DNA from: Euglena gracilis
Lineage: Eukaryota
DNA: 64,000 bases
Direction: 5' to 3'
NCBI GenBank assembly: GCA_039621445.1
Contig: CP154954.1
Coordinates: 38,773,816-38,837,815, forward strand
Made by a program: the position numbers and the translations under genes. The notes beneath the pieces are model-generated. The model was given only the letters and a program-made list of their open reading frames with translations. It searched no databases and was not told the DNA's origin. Shown here one piece after another: positions 1-11,600 of the stretch (the first letter of the stretch is position 1; each line of letters begins with the position of its first letter).

Positions 1-1410
1 GTCAGCAGGTACCAGGCTTTTTTTTTACCGACCGGGGGGGCACACCCCCGAGGGGGGGGGGGGGGGCAGCCCCGGGGTGCCCGTGGCCGGCTGAGTCCTT
101 GCCAAAAGGGAAAAGAAAATAAAATGAAAATTTTTTTGAGGAAACGGGTCACTGGATACAAGGGCAGGAGAAGGTCCCCCTACCCCCCCCCCCTTGTCCA
201 ACGACCACTGATGTTCGTCTCTGACGGGGGGGGGGGGGGGTCGCTAAAATGGCCAATGTTGGTCTCCGACCAGGGGGTGATGGTGGTCGTTAGACAAGCG
301 GGGTGGACCCCAAGTCAGAGGAAAATTTACCATAGATGGGGGTATATGGCCTTTTTTGGGCTGTTTTTGGCCATTTATGCTATTTCTTGACTACGGTTGG
401 CCACTTTTGGCCAGTTTTGGACATTTTTGGGACACTTTTGGGAATTTTTAGGCATTTTTGACCGCTTTTTGCCATGTTTGGTCGCTTTTGCCACTTTTGG
501 CAACGGTTGGCCACACTTTGGCCCCCTTTGCCCATTTTTGCCAGAGACAAAACAAAAAAACTTTGCATGCGGTCCCTTCACTCCTGGGAGGTTTCCAACC
601 AGGGTTTTTTTTTAAGACCAGGGGGGGTCCCCTCACCCACCCACCCCCTGGGGGAGGGAGAGGTCCCGGGTGACCCACTAAATTTCCCTCCAAAATGGCC
701 AAAAAATCGCGAAAAATGTTAAAAATAGCACCTTTTCAAAATTTTTGATGTCTTCGGCGCCGAAAAATATACCCCACTCCCCGCTGGGGGGACCCCGGGT
801 GGGGACTTGGCCGGACCCCCCCTCCTCGACAGGTGCCAAAAATAGCAGAAAATTTTCTTCCGGCGCACAGCGCCGGAAAAGAGCAATAACACCCCTTTTG
901 CTGACTTTTTGTATGCCAGATGACATGGAAAAAGGGTGATTTTTCAAAATTTTGAGGCAACGAGGATTTTGCAAAAAAGTCCGGAAAAAATTGGCAGGAT
1001 TTCTGTACGCCCCCCCCAGTTTTTTTTTTGGAATTTCCTGTACGGCCAATTTTTTCCCAATCAATTTTTTCGGCTCCAATCACGGGGAGGGGGGGTGGGT
1101 CGGACCCCCCCCCCTACCTCGAAACTGAGGGGGGCCAAAGATTTTTCGATTTCATGGACGGGCAAAGGGCTGGAAATTGGGTCGAAATCGGTCAAAAATC
1201 CCTGATTTTTCTTTGAAAATCGATCCAAAAATGCTCAGTTTTGAATTTTTTTGAACCCTCCTCCCAACGTCTAAGGGGGGTCCGGGCCCCCCCCCCCCGA
1301 CCACCTCACCCCCCTAGGGAGGGACCCCCCCCACCACCTACCTCAATACCGAAGGGCTTCCCATCCATCCCTGGACCCCCCACCCTCCCCCCACACCCGG
1401 GGGTCCAAGA

Positions 1411-1776
1411 CTAAAGAAACCCCCAGATTCCAACCTTAACAACCTCCCTCTCCCAAAACTGTACAGCCTTTGTATGAGCAAAAAAAGGCCTCGGTGGGAC
1501 CGGGGACGCTGACGGGGGGCGTCGGTGGTGGCAGTCGGAGGCGTTGTTGGAGCAGGGGCGCTGACCAACGGATGGTTGCCACGGGGTGGCGATGGCGGTG
1601 GTGGCAGCGGCGGTGGGGCGGAGGGCGAGGGCGTGGCAGCTCCCATCACCCGGGCTGGCCAGCAGGTGCGCCAGGGGCCAGCACCACTTGGTGCCCATGG
1701 CCCTGGTGGTGGGGGTGGGGGTGGTGGGGGTGGTCAGTGGGTGAGGGATGGGGGTCTCCCGTGCGGGGCTGGTTGG
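1411..1776 (-). CDS. Exon [20 protein letters not shown]...PVPPRP; 3' boundary unresolved (stop at 1411 if unspliced)
   Basis: CACAG acceptor; GC3-rich down to about 1490. Confidence 0.6.
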   Translation of the reverse strand, partial: PTSPARETPIPHPLTTPTTPTPTTRAMGTKWCWPLAHLLASPGDGSCHALALRPTAAATTAIATPWQPSVGQRPCSNNASDCHHRRPPSASPVPPRPFFAHTKAVQFWEREVVKVGIWGFL

Positions 1777-4700
1777 CTGTGATGCGATGCACCCCAACTC
1801 ATATCGGTTGGGCTCTCCTCCGGTCCAGCCCCCCCCCCCCCTAAACAACGCCGGGGTCAGGCTTCTTTTTAAGGCCCTGGGGGGTCCCCCAACCCAGCCT
1901 GGTGCAGGGGGGGGACCCCTCCCCCCAATAAAATCGGGCTGTTTGAGGCCATTTCCCTTCGCGCTGAAACCCATACCCAGGTTTCTGCTGACTTGAAAAG
2001 AAGCCAGGGTCCAGGTGATCCATTTTTGTCCAGCGCAAAGCACCAGCCGGAAAACGTTGCCCCCCCACCAAAGCGGCCAGAATGTCATTTTTGGGCACTT
2101 GGGGGGAAATTTTGCCAAAAATGCCAAAATTTTGGCACAAAGGGGGGGTCCCCAGTGCTTTTTTTCCAGGCAGTGAAAAGTCTTCGAATCTGGGTTTGAT
2201 TTGCTTCCTTTGCTGGGATGGGCCTTGACCCCTCCCTCTCGGGGCGAGGGGTGCCATTGCATCACAGTCAGCCTGTGGCACGGCCAGGCCAGAATGGGAA
2301 ACACGAGGATTAGGGAGGTCGGCACCAACCCACCCATTCCTTGGGGGTGGCCACCAACGGCTCAAAGGGTTCCTCTTGTCGCGGTCAAATTTGGGGGGGG
2401 GGGTCAAAAAAATGTCCCAAAAATCGGTACTTTGGGTAGACCTTCCAGGGGTGCAGATTTGCCCCCCTCCCGATCCGTCCATGCCCCCCCCACCTGCCGC
2501 CATCCTTTGGGGGAAAAAACCTTTGTGAGGGACTAATTCCATAGGGGGTCATTTTTGGAGGCTGAAACTCATTGTGCCAAAAATAGAGGAAAAGGGGGGT
2601 TTGACCCTTGAAACCCTTGAAAGTTGCATGCAACCCTCCAAAACAAAACGTTCAGGCCATTTCCATTTTGGCCTGGGAGGGGGGAGGGGGGGGTGGGGGG
2701 CTGGCTGGGCAATCCTACGAGGGATGAGTTTGCTTCCGGTTGTGGATGCAGAAAGCGGGGGGGGGGGAAACCAGACCCTCTCCTCTGCCTTCCCTCAAGA
2801 GCTAACCCCAAATTCTCACCCAGAACGTTTGCTGGGAAATCTCAAACCCAATGCCGCTATTGGGCGCTGAAGGTGCCTTTTTTTGTTTGCAACTCAAAAA
2901 AAGGCCCGATTGTTGAAAAAAAAATAAAAAAACACCAGACAAAAACTCAACCCTCCAAGGAGTGCCCAGCCAAGGCTTCCAACCCGCCCTCTGTGGGTTT
3001 GCCCTCCCCAGAGGGATGGCACACCCCAGTCTCCAGGGAATCCCTTGAGCGTCCCCCCCACCGGAGGGGGTCAGCTCAAGAAATTCCCTGCCCCAGGCCC
3101 ATGGGCACCGGGCGCCAGCCCCGGGCTTGGGCTTGGGCTTTGGCTGGCGCCAAGGATCCTAAAAAAAAACAACAAAGAAGAATAAAATTGACCCAGTAAT
3201 ATTTCATACAAACACATGCATGTGCACATCTTGGTACATACAACATATTATCCGGATAAAATGGCAGGAAACAAGAATGACGCAATGACTGAGGGAAAAC
3301 TGAATTAAAAATTCCAAGTTTGGGAAAATTGATGATTCATCAATCTGCAGGTGGCGAGGGACTGATAACAAGTTAAAGCCCCCCCCCTGCCCCAACTCCT
3401 CTCAGCACCCCCCAATTGGCAACCCTGGGCCTTCCCTTCCCAGTCATTGAACATCCAAAAAGAGATTGCTCCGTTTGAAACGAAACTTTGAAAATCTGGC
3501 CTGGCCAAACAAAGATGGGGCGCAATCTCATGTTGTGTGAACATGCACCACCAATGCACATAGACACCATTTACCATCCTTGGGCATCAATTGATGGCGA
3601 TGTCCTCTGTTCACCGCAGCTTGGTCTTCAACTTCCTCCACGCCCGGCGCAGGGCGTTTGGTCGTGTGCAGGGCGCAGCACTGGGGCTGTGCGGCACAGG
3701 GGGGGGGGCATTGAGAAGGATACCCCATCCCAAAGGTAGCCACGCCTGTCTGATTTCAGGACATACTCCCACCAAACAATCAATTTAACTGGAAAAAATA
3801 ACAACAGACTGCTCCAAAAAAGAACAGAAAATTCATTTTTTTTGCGTTTCTTCCCCCCCAAAACCTCTTATTTAATGCATTTTATGCCGTTTTTGTGCAT
3901 ATTGCAAAATCGCATTTTGGAGATTTACTCAACAAATTGGCAAAAAGAGGCCAAAAGAAGCACAAAACACCAGGGAAGGGTTTTTTCTGGGTTTCAGGGG
4001 TCCCCAGCAGGGGTTTTTTTTTTAAGACCAGGGGGTGGGAGCCCCCCCCCAGGGGAGATCCGGGGGACCAATCAATTTCCCCAAAGAATGACCAAAAATC
4101 GTGAAAATGCAAAAAACAGCACCTTGTTCAAAAATTTCCGGCGCCTTCGGCGTCGAAAAGTGCATCCCACCACCCCCTGGGGGGACCCCCCCAGGGGGAG
4201 GGGGGGCTCGGTGTTCAAAAAAAAGCAAAAAGAAGGAAAAAAACAAAGAGAAAGAAGAGAAAAGAAGAATGAAAAAGCAGAAAGATAAAAAAAAAAGAAA
4301 GTAATAAAGAACAGAAAGCACAAAAGAATCAAAAAAAGAAAAAAAAAAAAAAAAAAAAACTAAAAAAAAAACCTATTGCCCAGACCCCCCTGCTCAAAAC
4401 TAACGCTCACTTCCTGCCATGAGGGTCCTGGTTGGTCACACCTTCCCCTGGGGGGGACCGGGGGGGGGGCAGGATTTGATAAGGATTTGATAAGGACAGG
4501 TGGGGGGGTGGTCCGAACCCCCCTGCAGGCCAGGAGGGGGGGGTGGGGGGACAACCCCCGATTTAAACCGCCCTCCTTATATCAAACCCTGGGGGGGTGC
4601 CCGGGGGGGGCGACCGTCATTTTGGAATTTTGGGGTCCAAAAAAAAAAACTCGCACCAAAAACAAAAGCAAATCTGGCAGGACACCGGCGGCCCCGGGGA

Positions 4701-7700
4701 GGAGGTTCGTCCCCCCCACCCCGGACAACGAAACTTTTAAAAAAACGTCTGAATTCACGAACCCTGGGCACTGAACCCTGGCTGGACTGGTTCCTGCGCC
4801 GCAGCATCGGCCGGCGGCGCAGCGGGCTCCGGCGGCGGCGCTCCAGGCTGCGCCGGCGGTGCGGCAGGCGGTGCGGCGGCAAGCCATTGCCTTTGATGGG
4901 AGGGACGGGGTGGCCCGGGTGTCCCATCCCCCCAGCTTCAGCTGAACACAAACCCTGAGTTCCTTCGAAGCCACCCCAGCGCTGGAGGAGGGTCCACCGC
5001 TGAAGGAGGGTTGGCCTGGCTGTTCTGCCGCGAAGTGCAGGAAAGGGGGCTGAGGGGTGGGGGGTTAGGCAACGGCCTGTACGGCAGGGGGGTTGCCGAG
5101 CCCGAGGGCTTCGCGAAACCAGGCGATCACGCCAGGCGGTGGGGGCGGTTGTCGGTCCCGCCAGCACTGGAGGGGGCTGCGGGTGTTGATGAAGGGGGCG
5201 GGGGCTTGGCGGCAGGCTTTTTCCCGTTTGAAACTGCACATGTGCCTTGTGCCTCGGGGGGGGGGGGGAGGGAGGATTCAGAGTGTGGCGGAGGTGGGTG
5301 GGTGGAGCACTGAATGTGGCTTTCGGGCAGGCATTTTGGTGCCAGGCAAAAAGGGCCTGGGCGCTCGGCCTGTTTCCTTTCAGCGCCGGAAACCCAGAAA
5401 AGGGCCGTTTTCGGACAAATTTTAGCCAACGGCCAGGCATCCACCAGTCCACCCAGGCACACCCGGCACAGGGCAGCACTGCGCAAAAAAGAAATGTTTT
5501 GGCAAGGCAATGAATGAATAATTTTACTGAAAGTTCGGCGTGGGACAAGGCGTGTGTGACTTGGCTTAAGGCTTGTAGACAATATGACAAGGGGCGGACC
5601 CCACCCTGCCCAGGATGGGGGTGAGGGTGGTCAGGGATTCCCTTCCACCTCCTGAAGGGTTTTTTTGGGGGTTTCGGGGATTCTTTTCAGCCGTTCCATG
5701 TGCCCCGGGGTGGTGTCAGTGTAGTTTGGAATGGCTGGGAAACCACAAGAACAATTTGGGAGGAGGGAGGGTCACGGCACACCCTGCCCCCCCCCCAAAG
5801 AAGGGGCAAAAGAAGGAAAAGAAGGAAATAAGAAAGGAAGCCTGGGTGCAGGACTAGGGCGTGTAGGCCCAGGTCCCCCAGGCCGCCGGCCGCGATGGCG
5901 ATGAGGTGGGCCACCCGCACGCCGTAGTAGGCGGCGTTGTGCCGCCACGCCTGGTCTCACTGGCGGGGGGGGGGGAGGGGAGGGGAGGGGAGGAAGGGGC
6001 CACGCTCAGGCTTCGTTTAACAAACCCCAAGGGCGGTGCCTTGTGCTGTGGGGTGCCTGCCCACAGCAGGCACCCTGGGGGGGTTCGGCCCCTGGTGCCT
6101 TACAACCCAGCCATTTTCCCTTGCAAATGGCCATTTTCAGGTCCTCCCGACACCGGATGTGCTGTAGCACTGCCCAACTCCAAAACTTGACCCCACCACC
6201 CAGGTGGGGATCAAACATACCCCCCCCCCAACCTGCCCACACCACCCACCCTGAGGGGGGGGGGGTGCGGTGCAGGCTTTTGCTAAGGACCGGGGGGGGG
6301 GTACTGGTTAGCCAATCGGCTAGACACTGGAAAAAGTGGACAAGCTAGACCCCCCTCCCGGCCGGGGGGGGGGGGGTTCGGGGGTCCCCCGGACTGGAAA
6401 TTTTCTTTACTCCGGCGCTGTGCGCCGGAGGAAAAATGAGGATTTTAACAGGTTTTGGGCTGATTTTTGTTCCAAAAAATCCCAAAAAATGGCCAAAAAC
6501 GGGCATTTTTGGCCATTTTTGGGGGTCCCAAAAAAATTGGCTATCCCTGGCTATCACTGGCTATCCCTGCTAGCAGACCCCCAGGGGGGTCTGCTAGAAA
6601 TCCCGCTAGCCAAATTTGGACCAGCTGCAGTCCAGCCCCCAGGGGGGGGGGGTACTGCAATCCCTCAAGCAAAAGCCTGGTGCGGTGCGACTTTCCTCAA
6701 AAAGAAGTCTGGCCACGCTGTCAAATGAAAAGCAAATCAAAACACATTTCCAGCCAGGGGGGGGTGGGGGGATTCTGAGGCAGGGCGTGGCCCACCGTAG
6801 CCGTTGCCTTCGACGAGGGGGCGGAGGCGGGCAGCGGTAGCGTGGACGAGGGCGGCGGCGGCTAGCGGCGGGGGGCCCCTTGTGAGGGGGGAACGATGCA
6901 GCCTTTCCATTTCATTTCATTTAAACAGATGCTGAGAGTCTCGGAAACTGTGAGAAAATGAACTGAGGGGTGGAACTTCCCCCCCCCCCTCCGTTTCCAC
7001 TCTCATCTGGGTCCGAAAAATTGAATGTTCCCTTGAAAACTGACAATCAATCACTCAAGTGCAGGTGACCCCCCCAGGAAGGAATACATCAAACAAAACC
7101 AAATGAAAATTTGGCTGCCGCTGAGACATACCCCAGGGAAACTGATGGACAGACAGCGTAAACTTAAATGGACAGGTGCAAGACAGCGCCAAATCTGAAT
7201 CATGTCCAAAGGGGGGGGGCAAGTGGGAATGCCAACGAGATGGGGTGAGGGCAGGATGCGATATGAAGGCAGGTGGGGGGACGACACCCCCCAGGTGTCA
7301 TCCCAGGTGGAGAGAAAGACCCCCAAGGACCCCTGCCCCATGAAAGCAATGGATCAGGTGAGTGGCTTCGGGGGTGGACCCCGGCACCCCCCCCACCCGA
7401 GTGGGTCCGGGGGGACGACCCCCCCCCCCGTTCTATCGAACTCTGGTTGAGAGACAGTTTGACCAACCCACAGAGACACCCCGATCGCGCTGCATGGGTA
7501 GCGGCGGGGCACCCACAGCAGCCGTGGGCGGAGGTAATCCACCCACAGCCAGCCGTAGGTGCCAGCCACCACTGCCCACGCCAACGCATTGGCCAGGTGG
7601 CTGTCGATGGGCGAGATCCGCGACAGGGGCGCGCCGTTCCTCGGTGGACACTTCTGGCCAGGGGTTTTTTTAAAGACCTGGGGGGGGGGGTTCCCAGGGG

Positions 7701-8543
7701 ATCCACTCACTTTTCCCAAAAATGGCCAAAAATCGCAAAAATGCTGAAAACAGCACCTTTTCAAAAATTGGGGGCAGGGGTTTTATTAAGACCGGGGGGG
7801 AGGGGGTCCCCCCACCCACCCACCCCCTGGGGGGGGGGCCGGGGGGGTCCCGGGGGACCCACAAAAAAATGGCCAAAAAATCGCGAAAAGTGCTAAAAAT
7901 AGCATCTTTTCGGCGCCTGCGGCGCCGAAAAGCATATCCCACCCCCCTCTGGGGGGACCCCCCGGGGGGGGGGGCTCGGCCGGACCCACCCCCCCTCCCC
8001 CCCCCTCCCCCCGGGGGTCCACGACTAAAAAAAACCCCTGGTTGGGGGCTTCGCCGGACCCACCCACCTATCCTCCGGGGGTCCAAGACTGAAAAAAAAC
8101 CCCTGCTTCTGGCCAAACCCCCAAAATGGGTCTGTTAGGGATCTGCAACAACCTGTCAGGGAGGAAAATCACTGCAGAGAAGATTTGCCGCTTTGCACTG
8201 AGAAATACGTTTGGGTGTTCACCAACCAGGGTTGGGGGGGTTCTGTTGTGAAAAAATCCTCATCACCCAGTTTGGGGGGTGCTTTCCAAAAAGGAAATCT
8301 GCCTGGCCACCCAGCGCCGCCCTGCGCATCGAGCTGGCGGCGCCGATGGCGGTGAGGAGGGGCACCAGCCACCAGCAGCAGCCACGGAACTGTGAGACGG
8401 GGGGGAAGGGGAATGCAAGAGCACGTTGGGATAATGCCGGAAAGAAGGGAAGAGTTCATTGTTTTAAAGAGGGAGGGGGGCACCCACCCCCCAAAAAGAA
8501 AGGAAGAGGAGGTCCGGGGGGGGGGGGCCGTGCGTTTATGGGC

Positions 8544-8605
<62 letters not shown>

Positions 8606-11600
8606 CTAATAAAAATAATAATGATAGTCGTCGTCATCATCATAATCACCCCCCCTGATTTTCACAAAAGCGTTCAAGTCGGCAAAAATTGGCAAAATGG
8701 CAGAAAATTTGAACATAAAAATTTGGCTTTGGAGCCAGGGTTCTTTTTTTTTGAGACTGGGGGGGAGGGGGTCGGCATCCACCCACCCACCCCTTGGGGC
8801 GCCCCTCCCCCGGGGGTCCCGGGTTTGCCCGAAAATGGCAAAAATGCTGAAAATTGCACCTTTTCGGTGCCTTTGGCGCTGAAAAAGATATGCCCACCAG
8901 CACCTGCACCCACCAACCCCCCCCCCCCGCCCCTGGGGGGAGGGGATCCAAGGGACCCACCCACCCTACCCCCCGGGGGGGGGGGAGGGGGGGCCAAGAC
9001 AAAAAAAACCCCTGAGTGGAGCTTCCATGACAGGATACCGCCCAAACAACAGATTTCCCTCCAATATGTTTTTTGTTGACTCAAGCAAAGAACTGCTTTC
9101 TCTGATCCGTGCGGGAAGTGCCAGGCTGGCTGGAAACATGATAAATACCCAAAAAAACATTTGGCACCAATTTGCGTTTGCACCACCACGACTCCCAGCT
9201 GGAAGAAAGGTGCTGGCTTCCACCTATTGGCACTTTCCACTTGGAGCACATGGGATGGGGGCACATTGAGGAGGCATCACACACCGTGCGGGTCGGTGGC
9301 CTGTTGTGGCGGGTGGCGTTCTGGGCGGCTTCGCGGGCGGCCACAGCTGGTGCCCACTGTGAAGGGAAAGGGGATGTAAGCTTCAAAATCAGAATCGTTG
9401 GCAGGTGCAGATGCATCTGGAGAAGAATGTTTCCCCAAACCCCAAAGAATGCCCAAGGTTCAAGTGAGGATTTTCTTGGGACCGCAGCAGAATTGGAAAA
9501 GGGATTTTGAATTACGCGTAAATTGGACACCAGATGAATGAAACTTGCAAAAATATTACACCTGGCGGGGTTTTTTTTTTAAGACCGGGGGAGGGGGGTC
9601 CCCCCCACCCACCCACCCCCTGGGGGGGGGGCCCCGGGGGGGGGGCCCGGGGGACCCACACAAAAAATGGCCGAAAAATTGCGAAAAGTGCTAAAAATAG
9701 AATTTTTTCGGCGCCTGGGGCGCTGAGAAGTATATCCCACCACCCTCCGGGGGGACCCCCCCCGGGGGGGGGGGCTCGGCCAGACCCACCCATCCAGTCG
9801 TGGACCCCCCCCCCGGGGTCCACGACTAAAAAAACCCCTGACCTGGCTCCCAAAGTTTTTTCACGCCTGGCAAAATATTTGCCTCAACGTGTCAGAATTT
9901 TTCCCCACAGCCAAAGCCCCCCCCAAATCGGGGCATTTAAGGGCATTTTTTTGAAAAAATTTTGGTGTTTCGCACCAGGTCCCCTTGGGTGGTCAAAAAT
10001 CTTCGGCACTTGTCGGGAGGGGCAGCAGACTCACCAAACCCCCCCGCCCCAAACTTAAAAAATCTCTGGTCAGCATCCACTCACTCCCAGGGTTGCAGGT
10101 GGGCACTTTGGGGGTAAATCAGGGTTCGATATAAGGACAGGTGGGGGGGGGGGTCCGGACCCCCCCCTGCGGGCCAGGAGGGGGGGGGGGGGGGGGGGGC
10201 ACCCCCCCCCCCTAAACAGGTGCGCGGTCAGGGTGGCCGAATTTTCGGCCCGGCGCGAAGCGCCGGGCCGAAAATTTTTGACCCCCCAAAACGACCCAAA
10301 GTGCCATTTTGGGCACTTTTTGGGCAAAAATGTGCCAAAAATGCAAAAAATTTTCGGCGCGAAGCGCCGGAGGAAAAAATTGACCCTTTTTGGGGGGGGT
10401 CAATTTTTGCCCCCGAGGGTCGGTCCGGACCCCCCTTGCAGGTGGGGGGGGGTGGTCCGGACCCCCCCCTGCGGGCCAGGAGGGGGGGGGGGGGGGGGGG
10501 ACACCCCCCCCCACCTAAACCATGTACGCCCTCCTTATATCGAACCCTGGGGTAAATATGGAAGCCTATAAATTTTTCGTCACTTTGCGAAAGCAAGGGA
10601 GCAAGCACGCGTCATTTCTGGCAACTCATGGCCACCCCCCCCCCCCGCATGGTGAGGGGCACAGCCACCCCCCCCCCATGCACCAACCTCACCCCATTGA
10701 AAGACAAAATGAACACACCGGTGCATAGAGGCACCATGGGCACAATGGCACCATGGTGCCATTCACATCCGTCTCCTTCAGTCCAAAGCGATGGTGGTGT
10801 GGCCACGCGCTTAATTTCTCATTTTATTTTTTAATTTTCTCAATTTCTTTTACGTTTGAAGACTTCAGACGCGCCCGGCATCAAACTTCATTTCATAATT
10901 TCCTGTGTTAATGAAGCCCTCAATGTTTTTCACAACGTGTTTCCAATTAAAAGAAAAACTTTTTTTTAAAAAAATAGGGATGGACCAGGGGCTGCTGGGC
11001 CCCAACCCAGAAAACCCCACAGCTGCAGGGCTTGGGTTCTTCCCAGGTCAAAAGAACCCAAACTGTAGAGTGGTGTGCAACACAGGCTGGGGGGATGAAT
11101 GAGCTTGGGGTGGAGATAACCGGGGGGGGGGGGTGGGGGGCCTGGGCAACGGTGATTCACAGCCAACCCATTAGTTGGATTCCATTGAACAAAGCAAATA
11201 AGCGCGTGGGTGGCAGCGGGCGCAGAGGGTGGGGTCGGCCACCGCGTGCAGCGCCTGGAGGCGCTTCGCGGTGGCCTCCTCCGCCGTCTCCACGATCCAC
11301 CAATACTCGCCGGCAGGCTGAGTATTGGTGGAAGGCTGCGATGAAGAGTTTCTTTTTTTTTTTAACTCAAAGAGGGTCTCAAACAGGGACAGCAACAGAG
11401 GTGTCCCCTGAAGCTTTTATGGATTCGGAAGGCACCCAAGGTGGAAAAACTCCACCATATGAAACCCCTCACGCTCACCATTGTTCATCGTCTTCGACCC
11501 TTTCTTCAAACCCCCAAAGTTGTGTCAAATCAAACAACACCCGGCCTGCTCGAGGAGCTGGCGGATGCCGCGGTAGGGGGCGATGACGGGGTTGAAGAGC

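Noticed and set aside
1620-1700. PWWP-like WPARV motif
   Set aside because: Occurs in the frame with weaker codon bias and has no surrounding domain.
4577-5590. 337-aa ORF read without introns
   Set aside because: Poor codon pattern and runs into MITE sequence; the spliced alternative frame has better GC3 and paired intron ends.
6793-6870. Fic/Doc-like motif (PLAAAALVH...[10 protein letters not shown])
   Set aside because: Lacks the catalytic His and the GRxxR of HPFxDGNGRxxR; the joined protein continues GYGDNAAYY among hydrophobic segments.
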